NCBI GenBank assembly: GCA_016650185.1
Contig: JAENWE010000055.1
Span: 1-45,298, forward strand
DNA length: 45,298 bases
Origin: Vicinamibacteria bacterium
Lineage (GTDB): Bacteria > Acidobacteriota > Vicinamibacteria > Fen-336 > JAGNNV01
Reading direction: 5' to 3'
The notes under the pieces are model-generated. The model ran no database searches and was not told the origin of the DNA. It saw nothing but the letters and a program-made list of their open reading frames with translations. Position numbers and translations under genes: made by a program. The first letter of the stretch is position 1; every line of letters starts with the position of its first letter. This document shows positions 7,440-15,965 of this stretch, piece after piece.

Positions 7440-9068
7440 CTACTGAGCCAGTACGACTTTGATTTCCGTGCGCCGGTTGAGCTGACGACCGGACTCGGTG
7501 GCATTACTCGCCACCGGCTGGGACGAACCCCGACCAATGGTCTGGAAACGCGACGCCTCGATGTTCGGGAAGTTCTTCAAAATGTAGCTTTTCACGGCCA
7601 GGGCCCGCCGCTCGGAGAGAGTCATGTTCGCGGGCGCGGAGCCGGTGGAGTCTGTATTGCCCTCGACCCTGAGATAGGTGGCGCCGAAGGACGTCATGGT
7701 GTCGCCAAGCGCATCCAGAACAAAAAAGGAACCAGGCATGATGTCGTCGGAGCCGGGAGTGAAGTGGATATCGATCTGCTTGTTGATGATCGCGCGGTCC
7801 TGGGACGAGGGCGCTTTCGCCGCGACCTTGGCCTCTTCGACCTTCTCCCCGGGGTAGGCGGGAGCGAGGGCGGAGATAAACCGGGTGTCAACCCAGTCCT
7901 TCGCATTGACGGCCCGGGTCACGAGGCCCTTCTTCCGCCAGATCACGAAGGCGGTATCGAAGAGAGTCTCGTAGTGCGCCCGACCGCCGGTAAGGCCGTA
8001 GAACTGCGCATTGTCGGCGAAGGCGGTGAGCTTGAGGCCGGAGAGCATCCCCGACACTGTCTCGTTGTCGAGCTTCAGGGCCTTCCCCACCACCGCGTAG
8101 GAGTTGGCGGGATCCCGGCGCATCATTTCGATCCCTTCAAACCAGCCGTGCACGAAGTCGCGCACGGACTCGGGAGCGGAGTCGATCACGTCCTGCCGCG
8201 CGATCAGAGTGTCGGCGATGATATTGGTGGCGGCGGTCGTGGACACCAGAACGTGGGCCTCGTCCTCCCGCGCGGTGACCGCCCCCGAAAGATCCGGCTC
8301 CCAGGTGACGGCGGCATCGACCTGCTTTGCCTTGAACATGGCGGCGGCGGCGGGCGCATCCTGAGTGAAGATGATGTTCTTTTCCACCGCAGTGCGGTCT
8401 TCGGGGGAGAGCCCGGACTGGGAGAGGAGATAGAGAAGCAGGAAGTGCGAAGGGGTGAACTGGGTGCAGGCGATCTTCTTGCCTTTCAGTCCCTCGATCG
8501 AGGTGATAGAGGAAAGAGACACAATGCCGTCCCCGCCGCGCGACCAGTCCTGCATGAGGATCGATTTGGCGTTCTGGTTCTGTTCGGCCAGGATGGAGGC
8601 CTCGCGCGCCCAGTTGTCCACGGTGTCCCACATGATGTCGACGTCGCCGTTGCGGAACGCGGCCAGTTTCGCCGCCGGGTCCTCGAGCAGGACGAACTTC
8701 ACGTCAAGACTGAACTTCTTCTTGTAAAGCGATGCCGCGGAGCCCGCATCCAGCCCGCCGTTGGCAACGATCCCGGGAGCATGACCCGCCCAGGTATTGA
8801 TCGCGACCACAAGAGGGCGGCTGATCTTGCCGCCGCTGGCCAGGACAGAGGCGGTGACGCCGTTGGACCCGGCGTTACGGCCAGGATCGGATGGCGCGTT
8901 TCTGAGCGCGCCGAAATCATCGGTGCTGGTCGCGGTCTGGGTCGGAGAACTTTCCTTGCCCCCGGTCGCCCATTTCTTGATATCGGCTCCGAAGTTCTGA
9001 AAACCGAAGTAGATGATGGTGAGTCCCAGCAGCACCATGATCAGTTTGCCAAGGGGTGTGATCTTCAT
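7440..9068 (-). CDS. membrane-anchored NMT1/TauA-like ABC substrate-binding domain fused to a C-terminal OmpA-like peptidoglycan-binding domain
   Basis: Start chosen at ATG 9068 (MKITPLGKLIMVLLGLTIIYFGF, GGAGG ~8 nt upstream) rather than the track's 9167. The central ~330 aa look like an SBP (PLVVAINTWAGHAPGIVANGG..., KIACTQFTPSHFLLLYLL). The C-terminus (LRVEGNTDSTGSAPANMTLSERRALAVKSYIL...NRRTEIKVV) is a clear OmpA_C motif set. Confidence 0.85.
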   Translation of the reverse strand: MKITPLGKLIMVLLGLTIIYFGFQNFGADIKKWATGGKESSPTQTATSTDDFGALRNAPSDPGRNAGSNGVTASVLASGGKISRPLVVAINTWAGHAPGIVANGGLDAGSAASLYKKKFSLDVKFVLLEDPAAKLAAFRNGDVDIMWDTVDNWAREASILAEQNQNAKSILMQDWSRGGDGIVSLSSITSIEGLKGKKIACTQFTPSHFLLLYLLSQSGLSPEDRTAVEKNIIFTQDAPAAAAMFKAKQVDAAVTWEPDLSGAVTAREDEAHVLVSTTAATNIIADTLIARQDVIDSAPESVRDFVHGWFEGIEMMRRDPANSYAVVGKALKLDNETVSGMLSGLKLTAFADNAQFYGLTGGRAHYETLFDTAFVIWRKKGLVTRAVNAKDWVDTRFISALAPAYPGEKVEEAKVAAKAPSSQDRAIINKQIDIHFTPGSDDIMPGSFFVLDALGDTMTSFGATYLRVEGNTDSTGSAPANMTLSERRALAVKSYILKNFPNIEASRFQTIGRGSSQPVASNATESGRQLNRRTEIKVVLAQ

Positions 9069-9251
9069 GTGTTTCGCCTCCGCGGTAGGTTGTAGTTCAG
9101 ACTCTATCTGAAGTGGTCGGCGCGCCAGAGTGCTCAGCCGCGTCAGCGGGACGGAATCGCGGGGCACGCAGTTCGGACCCCAAGGTCAGGCGGAGACGGG
9201 ACGGTTTCCGATCCTGGTAATTCCAGGGTGCGCTCCCCTATCCTTGTCCCG

Positions 9252-10472
9252 ATGTCGCAGCGCGTGATCGTGATCGGCGCCGGCCTCTCCGGCCTCCGCG
9301 CGGCCAGCCTGATTGAAGGCTCCGGCCGCGAAGTGATCGTGCTTGAAGCGTCGGACGGCCCCGGAGGACGCGTGCGCACCGACATCGTCGACGGATTCCA
9401 GCTCGATCGGGGATTTCAGGTTCTGCTGACCGAGTACCCTGAGGTCAAAGCCGCGCTCGATCTCAAAGCGCTCGACCTGAAGCCGTTCGCTCCCGGCGCG
9501 ATGATCTTTCGAAACGGCGCCTTCACCGCCCTCTGCGATCCACTGAGATGGCCTCTCGAGGGAGCCCTCGGCCTGTTCGGACCTCCGGGCCGGATTTCCG
9601 ATCGCCTTCGCCTGGCCACTTTTCGAGCGCGCCTCTCCCTGGCCTCCGAATCGCAGCTGGCCCGGGCGGTCGGAACTCCATTCATCGATGTGCTCCGCCG
9701 TCACGGGTTCTCAGCCGACTTCATCGACGCGTTCTTCAGGCCCTGGTTCGGCGGCATCACTTTGGACCGTTCCTTGTCGGCTGACGCCGCTTTTTGCGAG
9801 TTCGTCTTCAGGTGCATGGCCAAGGGACAAGCGGCCATTCCCGCCCTCGGCATGGGCGCGGTCGCCCATCAGCTCGCGAACCGACTCCGCCAAGGAACCC
9901 TGCGGCTCGGAAGCCGCGTCGCGTCCATCGAGGGATCGCGGGTCCGACTCGGGTCGGGCGAAGTCTTCGAGGGCGACACGATTGTCGTGGCCACCGAAGG
10001 GCCCGAGGCCGGAAAACTCCTCAGAATGGCGGACACGGGATCGAGGTCGGTGACCTGTGTCTGGTTCGCGGCGGCGGTCGCTCCCTTCAGCGGTCCATGG
10101 CTCGCCCTTAACGGAGAGAGCGAGGGTCTGGTCAACAACCTCGCGGTCATGACCAACCTGGCCCCGACCTACTCTTCGGACTCACGCGCTTTGATCGCGG
10201 CCACCATTCTCGGCCCGATCGCTCCGCCCGACGACCCGGCGCTCCAGCGCTCGGTCCTGGCTCAACTCCGCGAGTGGTTTGGCGTGGCCGTGGATGAGTG
10301 GACGCTGATCCGCGTGGACCGAATCCGCCATGCCCAGCCCTTGGCCACGAAAGCGAAGGGCTTCCTCAGGCCCGGGTTGTACCTGGCCGGCGATCATACG
10401 CAGCAGCCCTCGGCGCACGGCGCTCTGCGCTCCGGGCGCCTGGCCGCCGAGGCCGTCCTGGCCGCGGGCTGA
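9252..10472 (+). CDS. NAD(P)/FAD-dependent oxidoreductase (flavin amine-oxidase fold)
   Basis: MSQRVIVIGAGLSGLRAASLIEGSGREVIVLEASDGPGGRV is a dinucleotide-binding motif, with C-terminal LYLAGDHT...GALRSG. The track start is 9228 (GTG); ATG 9252 places the GxGxxG at the usual distance from the N-terminus. Confidence 0.8.
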   Translation: MSQRVIVIGAGLSGLRAASLIEGSGREVIVLEASDGPGGRVRTDIVDGFQLDRGFQVLLTEYPEVKAALDLKALDLKPFAPGAMIFRNGAFTALCDPLRWPLEGALGLFGPPGRISDRLRLATFRARLSLASESQLARAVGTPFIDVLRRHGFSADFIDAFFRPWFGGITLDRSLSADAAFCEFVFRCMAKGQAAIPALGMGAVAHQLANRLRQGTLRLGSRVASIEGSRVRLGSGEVFEGDTIVVATEGPEAGKLLRMADTGSRSVTCVWFAAAVAPFSGPWLALNGESEGLVNNLAVMTNLAPTYSSDSRALIAATILGPIAPPDDPALQRSVLAQLREWFGVAVDEWTLIRVDRIRHAQPLATKAKGFLRPGLYLAGDHTQQPSAHGALRSGRLAAEAVLAAG

Positions 10473-10511
10473 GGAGCGCTGGCGTCAACCGGGGCGAGGC
10501 CAATGATCCGT

Positions 10512-11141
10512 TCAGGAGGAGGCGCCGTCCTTCCCGTGCCTGAGTTTGAAGAGCAGCGCAGCCACCTCGGCTCGCTTGATGTGATCGCTCGCGCGATTGA
10601 CCACGAGCCTCGCCGAAGTGGTGGTGATTTCGTCCACGACTTCGAGGCCGTTCTCCCTCAGGGTTCGTCCGGTCTCGACCATGTCCACGATGCAGTCGGC
10701 GAGGCCAAGGCCGGGAGCGATCTCAACCGAGCCCTGCAGCTTCACGATCTCGGCAGCCAGCCCCCGGGCTTCGAAGTACACGCGAGCTACATTGGCGTAC
10801 TTGGTGGCCACGCGCAGCGTGGTGGGCCAGGATTCGGCAAAACCGCTTGAAGTCGGCGCGGCCAGGACCATGCGGCATCGGCCGTACCCCAGGTCGAGCG
10901 GCACCAGGACGTCGCTCCCCGTCTCTTGAAACACATCGCTCCCACAAACTCCTAGATCGGCGACGCCGTGTTCCACGTACACCGGAACATCCATGTCCTT
11001 CACGAAAAGAAATCGAAGGCCGCCGACTTCCACAATGAGTTGCCTCGTGTCCAGAGGCGGGAAAGGCAGACCGCCTTTCGAAAAGAGCGCCTCGGCACCT
11101 GTGAGCAAACGACCCTTGGACAGGGCGATGGTGAGGCTCAC
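10512..11141 (-). CDS. hisG: ATP phosphoribosyltransferase, short form
   Basis: 209 aa. MSLTIALSKGRLL..., DMDVPVYVEHGVADLGVCGSD and IVDMVETGRTLRENGL are typical of short HisG. 4-nt overlap with upstream hisZ. Confidence 0.9.
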   Translation of the reverse strand: MSLTIALSKGRLLTGAEALFSKGGLPFPPLDTRQLIVEVGGLRFLFVKDMDVPVYVEHGVADLGVCGSDVFQETGSDVLVPLDLGYGRCRMVLAAPTSSGFAESWPTTLRVATKYANVARVYFEARGLAAEIVKLQGSVEIAPGLGLADCIVDMVETGRTLRENGLEVVDEITTTSARLVVNRASDHIKRAEVAALLFKLRHGKDGASS

Positions 11142-12241
11142 GCGACGCCCCCGAACCTGATCCTTCGGCCGGAAGAGCGAAGGTCGCGCGCCCGCTGAAG
11201 CGAGCGGCCGAGGGTCTCGCCCGCCACGGGTGTCGCCGGAGCCGCTTCGCCGGATCCGCCCCCAAGCTGGCGTTCGACGAGGAGGGCCAGTCGATCGAGA
11301 CCCAGCATGAAGCCGATCGCGGGCATGGGGCGACCCAGCCGCCCAAGCAGGCTGTCGTAGCGACCGCCGCCACCCACATCGAAGCCGAGGCCGGCGCCGT
11401 AGATTCGGAAAACCAGACCCGTGTAGTAATCGAGTCCGCGACTCTCGGAAAGGTCAAGGGCGACCCGGCCACCGAGGCCGGCATCCTCGAGCGCATTCGT
11501 AACCGCCTCCAGGTCGTCGAGAGCAGCTCGGGCGCGCTCGATGCCGCCGAGGGCCGTGCGAGCCTGGTCGAGGGAGAGCCTGATGCCATCGTCCTCGGCC
11601 AGACCGACGAGGGCAAGGCGCGCGAGCTCGGATCCACCGACACCCGCAAGCGCATCAGCGACCGCTCGAGGATCGCGCCGGCTGAGACTCTTCACCACGA
11701 CTTTGCGCCTCGAATCCTCAACCGGAAACCCCGCTTCGTCAAGCAGCGAAGTGACCACTCCGGCGTGGCCGAGGGCGATGACGAAATCGGTGACTCCCAC
11801 CGCTTCCAGGCACTCGATGGCGATGGCCATGACCTCGATATCCGCCACCGGGCCTCCGCCACCCAGAAATTCGAGCCCCATCTGATGGAACTCGCTCTGC
11901 CGGCCCGCGCGCGGCGGCTCGTAACGCACGACTTCGCCGGAGTAGTACAGCCTCAACGGAGCCTCGACGTGGCGCAAGCGCCCGGCCGCGATCTTCGCCA
12001 CCAGGCTGGTGAAGTCCGGCCTGAGGGCCAGGGTCGTGCCCTCGCGGCCGGTGAAGGTGTAGAGCTTCGACGCGAGCGATGGGTCGAACGTGGCCGCGTC
12101 ATCGAAAAGGGGGGGCACAATCTCGTCGTAACCCCAGCCTTCGAAGGTCGAAACCACTTGGGCTTCAAGCGCGCGGCGGGCGCGGGCCTCGTCGAAGCTG
12201 AAACACGATGCCCCCTGAGGCAGTTGGAGGCGGGTGGGCAT
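11138..12241 (-). CDS. hisZ: ATP phosphoribosyltransferase regulatory subunit (HisRS-like)
   Basis: 367 aa. Class-II aaRS-like motifs without an anticodon-binding domain (LRPDFTSLVAKIAA, LRLYYSGEVVRYE, EFHQMGLEFLG, GGGGRYDSLL). Translationally coupled to short-form hisG. Confidence 0.88.
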   Translation of the reverse strand: MPTRLQLPQGASCFSFDEARARRALEAQVVSTFEGWGYDEIVPPLFDDAATFDPSLASKLYTFTGREGTTLALRPDFTSLVAKIAAGRLRHVEAPLRLYYSGEVVRYEPPRAGRQSEFHQMGLEFLGGGGPVADIEVMAIAIECLEAVGVTDFVIALGHAGVVTSLLDEAGFPVEDSRRKVVVKSLSRRDPRAVADALAGVGGSELARLALVGLAEDDGIRLSLDQARTALGGIERARAALDDLEAVTNALEDAGLGGRVALDLSESRGLDYYTGLVFRIYGAGLGFDVGGGGRYDSLLGRLGRPMPAIGFMLGLDRLALLVERQLGGGSGEAAPATPVAGETLGRSLQRARDLRSSGRRIRFGGVA

Positions 12242-12298
12242 GGCGCGGCGGATTCTATCCGGTCGAGTCGAAAGGACTCTTCAGGAGGCAAGGCTTCG

Positions 12299-13015
12299 CT
12301 ACCTTCGAAGCAAGGCAAGGTAGGCGCGGATTCGGGCCGCGTTGGCGCCCACGTCGCTACGACCCACGCGGGACTTCGAACGCACATCGATGCGGGATCC
12401 TCGACCGGTTTCGGCCACCCGGATGACCACATCATCCTTGAAGCCGAACCACGCGGTCGTCGCGATGGCTTCTATGCGCCCTTCCTCGGGGCGTTCAGCC
12501 ACAATCTCCCAGCCCATGCCGCGAGCGGCAGCCGCGGCCCTGGCGAACGCCTCCGCAGGCGCAATCGACATATCGAGCGGCGCGAGGTCCGGGTAGGCCC
12601 TCCGCTGCTGCACGGCCACGGAGGAGCCCGAGTACTCCGGAGGATTCACGGCGAGGGCGGCCTGGCGCAAAGGGATCAGGTCGACGAAGGCCGGCGGATG
12701 GTCGGTGTCGGTGGTGATGTCATGGATGGCGGGCGCCCCGCGCGCCTTCGCAACGAGTACCGCAGGACCCGCCATCAAGGCCAGGCTCACCGCGACGATC
12801 ATCAACCACGCTTTGGGGTTCGCCCCTCGGAGTCGGGGAACGATCAGGGCCACGAGGCCGATGGTGAACGAGGCGATGGCCAGGAGAAGGCCGCCCGCGA
12901 ATAGAAGGAGGCCGGTCCGGAAGCCGAAAAAACCCACGCGGGTTCCCGGACCGGAGATCAGAATCAACCCGCTGGAGAGCGAAATCAGAGCGATGCAGGC
13001 GCGCCGAATATTCAT
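12299..13015 (-). CDS. DUF1499-like membrane protein
   Basis: 238 aa. N-terminal hydrophobic segments, then a C-terminus (FGFKDDVVIRVAETGRGSRIDVRSKSRVGRSDVGANAARIRAYL) resembling the DUF1499 signature. Confidence 0.65.
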   Translation of the reverse strand: MNIRRACIALISLSSGLILISGPGTRVGFFGFRTGLLLFAGGLLLAIASFTIGLVALIVPRLRGANPKAWLMIVAVSLALMAGPAVLVAKARGAPAIHDITTDTDHPPAFVDLIPLRQAALAVNPPEYSGSSVAVQQRRAYPDLAPLDMSIAPAEAFARAAAAARGMGWEIVAERPEEGRIEAIATTAWFGFKDDVVIRVAETGRGSRIDVRSKSRVGRSDVGANAARIRAYLALLRR

Positions 13016-13030
13016 ACTCGTCCGCAGCGC

Positions 13031-14956
13031 CTAAAGGCGATGATGCCGGTACGCGTCGACGAGGCTGGCCAACAGCGCGATGTCCCCGCGAATCCTCTGG
13101 CCCTCTTCCGTGTCACCCACCAGTCTCGGCGTCTGAAACTCCCGGATGCTGGCGGTGGTTGGGATGATGTCGACCCCGTCCCGAACCGCCGCCGCCACCG
13201 ACTCGAAGTGATGATGCCGGGCCAGAAAGGTGCGATCCGCCTCGAGGACCAGGGTATAGCCGTGGTCGCCGTACGCCTCGGAAAAGGCTCCGTCGATGGT
13301 AATGGCGTTTCCTCCGCGCTTCAACGGCGACTCCCCCTTGTCGATCTTCACCGGCACATGCCCGTTCACGATCAGCCCCCCTCGATCACAGCCAAACTCC
13401 TCGAGCACGCGCTCGCAGAACTTTCGCTCATGAATCAAAGTGAAATAGGGATTCTTGGTTTCCTTGTGAGTAGCCACGTCCGCGATGAGATCGCGCTCGA
13501 AAGTGGTGATCCGGTCCTTCCCGAACAAGGGCGACAGAGGGCCGTTCCACAGGTACCACAAGAAATCGAGATCCGGCAGGGCTCGATGGGTCAAGGCCCG
13601 GGCCACCACATCGTCGATGGCATCGAAGAGCTGGCGCCCCGCCCGAGGCTGCCCGTCCACGGGCATGGACAGAAACTGGCCCGCATCGTCCACGGGAACG
13701 CATCCGTGAAAGATGAGATGGTTGTCCCGCTGCAGCCAGCTCGACCCATGGGCCACCAGGAACTTGGCGTGATCCCACAGTAACGGGCTGGACAGGACAG
13801 AGGCCCGCATCCGATCGATGCACTGCTGCTCTTCCGCGCTCAAGGCCTCGGGATCCTTAGGGTTGATGGTCGGGAAAGTCCGGTCGCGCAACTCGCAGAT
13901 CTTGCCGTCGACGTTGACCGTGCCCTTTTCGAGGTCGATGGTCCGAAGGATGCGCCGGTGGTCGAGGGCCCACTCCGGATGGCGAGCGATCATCTGGCCT
14001 TCGAGCTTGAACTGCAGCACCGCCGCGGCCTTCTGCATCCGGGCCATGGTGAGGGGTTCGCGCAGACCGGTCCCGCGCGCGGCGAATCGCTCCGCGGGGT
14101 CATCGCCGTAGACCGTGCGGACCAGCCACTCGAGCGGTTGCAGCGTGATCCCATAACCCTCCTCGAGTTGGGAGAGGCGGCGGTAGCGGATGGACACCCG
14201 AAGGAGGTGGGCGATGAGTGCCTCGTGCCCGAGAGCGGCGCCCATCCAGGCGATATCGTGGTTGCCCCAGGTGATCGCCACCCGTGGCTGGTGTCGCAAG
14301 TACTCGATCACCCGGTCGCCTCTGGGGCCGCGGTCCACGCAGTCGCCCGCGACAATGACCTCTCTCACGGTCAGGTTGCGAACCACGCGGACCACGAGAC
14401 GAACGAAGTTGGCTTCCCGACCCTGCTCAAGGAGCGGATCCACGATGGCCGCGACGTACGCGGGACCGCGCGCGGAAAACGATTCATGAAGCATCTCGCG
14501 GAGAATTTCCGCGTACTCGGGAGGAAAGACCTCGGCCACTCTTTGAATGCTGGTGCGGCTCGACAAAGTCCGAATGACGGCCAGCAGGTCGCCAAGTACC
14601 CGGAGCACGAACGCTCTTCGGGCTTCAGTCGAAATTCCCGGCAGCCGCTCCTCCAGAGCCTCCGCTGGATAGAACAGGATCGACAGAAGCTCCTCGCGAT
14701 CGGCCTTCGATCGATCCGCGAACACCCGGTCGACCAGCGGTCGCAACGTTCCCGAAGCGTTGTTGATAATGTGCCGGAGCTTCACATCTTCACCGTGAAC
14801 ATCGCTCACGATGTGGATCGACCCCTTGTGAAGCGTGAGTTCGGCGGTCAGGCGGGCGATCTCCGCGGTCGCGGCGTCGGCGTCCTTGAACTGCCTCGAC
14901 AGGGCGCGTAGCGCGGCTATTTCGGATCCAGAGGGCGAGGAAGAGGCGTTTGGCAT
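13031..14956 (-). CDS. fbp: fructose-1,6-bisphosphatase class 3
   Basis: ~641 aa from ATG 14956. Metallophosphoesterase motifs IVSDVHGE, GDCVDRGPRGD, WGNHD and IFHGC, with overall length and layout like Bacillus-type Fbp. The track start 15130 would overlap the EAL gene, and that extension is not protein-like. Confidence 0.88.
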   Translation of the reverse strand: MPNASSSPSGSEIAALRALSRQFKDADAATAEIARLTAELTLHKGSIHIVSDVHGEDVKLRHIINNASGTLRPLVDRVFADRSKADREELLSILFYPAEALEERLPGISTEARRAFVLRVLGDLLAVIRTLSSRTSIQRVAEVFPPEYAEILREMLHESFSARGPAYVAAIVDPLLEQGREANFVRLVVRVVRNLTVREVIVAGDCVDRGPRGDRVIEYLRHQPRVAITWGNHDIAWMGAALGHEALIAHLLRVSIRYRRLSQLEEGYGITLQPLEWLVRTVYGDDPAERFAARGTGLREPLTMARMQKAAAVLQFKLEGQMIARHPEWALDHRRILRTIDLEKGTVNVDGKICELRDRTFPTINPKDPEALSAEEQQCIDRMRASVLSSPLLWDHAKFLVAHGSSWLQRDNHLIFHGCVPVDDAGQFLSMPVDGQPRAGRQLFDAIDDVVARALTHRALPDLDFLWYLWNGPLSPLFGKDRITTFERDLIADVATHKETKNPYFTLIHERKFCERVLEEFGCDRGGLIVNGHVPVKIDKGESPLKRGGNAITIDGAFSEAYGDHGYTLVLEADRTFLARHHHFESVAAAVRDGVDIIPTTASIREFQTPRLVGDTEEGQRIRGDIALLASLVDAYRHHRL

Positions 14957-15081
14957 AGCGCCTTTGACCTTAGCACCGTGCCCGTCGGTCGGGAGGCCTG
15001 CGGCTTGGACTCCACTCGGAGGCCCGGCCCTCTCCGCCAGGGCGCCGTGGTCCTTGACTTCGCCCCCGGCGCGGCTTTCGA

Positions 15082-15912
15082 CTAGAGAGGCCCGGGTCGT
15101 CCGAACAGATATCCCTGCATCAAATCGCACTCAAGGGCCAGGAGGGTGTCCCGCTCGCCTTCTGTCTCAACGCCCTCGACAATGCATCCGATTCCGAGCT
15201 GTCGGGCCAGCGCGGCCAGGGACCCCACGATTTTTCTCTTGATCGGCTGCGTGTCCACGTCGCGAATGAGAGCTTGGTCAATCTTCACGAACTGCGGGTC
15301 CATGAGGGCAAGGCTCGACAGACCCGCATAGCCTCCGCCGAGATCGTCGATGGCGAAGCGGTACCCCTGGTCGCGCAATGCGCTCGATCGCTGGCGCACC
15401 TCGGGGAGTTCGCTGATGGGAGCGCGCTCGGTGACCTCAAGAACAACACGGCTGGCGAACTCGGACAGGGCGTCCTGGTCGTCGCCCAAGGAGCCCATCA
15501 GTTCTTCTACGTCCACATTCACGAAAAGGGTGAGGTCCGGGTCTCGGCGCAACGCCTCTGCCGCGCGCGCATGAACCACTCGCCCAAGATCCCCCACCAT
15601 CCCGATCGAAACGGCAAGGGCCAGAAGGTCGCGCGGGTCGCTCACCAAGACCTCGCCGTTCCGCGCCAGGGCCTCGAAGGCAAAGGCCGGCTCATCGGGG
15701 TGGGACAGCGAGACGATGGGCTGAAAGGCCAGCCACAAGGTGTCGAGCGCCTGTTCGAACAGGGCCCGCCGCCCCAGCGCATCCAGGGCCTTCCACGACT
15801 CGGCCTTCCTCCATGACTGGGCGGCGCCGATCGATGGGCCGCGAGACAGGGAAACCGGCCGGGTTATGAAGTCGGTATCGGTGTTGGACCCGGCGATCTC
15901 AAAAGGAGACAT
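15082..15912 (-). CDS. stand-alone EAL-domain protein (putative c-di-GMP phosphodiesterase)
   Basis: 276 aa with a complete EAL motif set: FQPIV, EALAR, FVNVD, EVTER, DDLGGGYAGLSSL, KIDQALIRD, EGVETEGE, QGYLFGRP. Confidence 0.9.
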   Translation of the reverse strand: MSPFEIAGSNTDTDFITRPVSLSRGPSIGAAQSWRKAESWKALDALGRRALFEQALDTLWLAFQPIVSLSHPDEPAFAFEALARNGEVLVSDPRDLLALAVSIGMVGDLGRVVHARAAEALRRDPDLTLFVNVDVEELMGSLGDDQDALSEFASRVVLEVTERAPISELPEVRQRSSALRDQGYRFAIDDLGGGYAGLSSLALMDPQFVKIDQALIRDVDTQPIKRKIVGSLAALARQLGIGCIVEGVETEGERDTLLALECDLMQGYLFGRPGPL

Positions 15913-15924
15913 AGTTGAAGGGAG

Positions 15925-15949
15925 ACATACTGTATGTATACATACTGTA
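15925..15949. promoter_or_regulatory. AT-rich candidate operator: 14-bp perfect palindrome GTATGTATACATAC inside a 10-bp direct repeat ACATACTGTA-N5-ACATACTGTA
   Basis: Read directly. The palindrome is at 15932-15945 and the direct repeats at 15925-15934 and 15940-15949. It lies in the 53-bp gap immediately upstream of the EAL start (15912) in an otherwise GC-rich context. Confidence 0.45.
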
Positions 15950-15965
15950 CCCTTACCGAGTCAAC

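Noticed and set aside
6726-9095. 789-aa ORF on the + strand, the longest ORF in this region of the track
   Set aside because: It runs antisense to the ABC permease and SBP-OmpA genes, which have clear family motifs. Its product is Arg/Gly/His/Asp-rich with no motif. This is a typical shadow ORF of a GC-rich genome.
15928-15949. Resemblance of TACTGTATGTATACATACTGTA to an E. coli-type LexA SOS box (CTGT-N8-ACAG)
   Set aside because: The right half reads ATAC/ACTG, not ACAG, so the CTGT-N8-ACAG dyad is absent. The symmetry present is a different palindrome plus a direct repeat.
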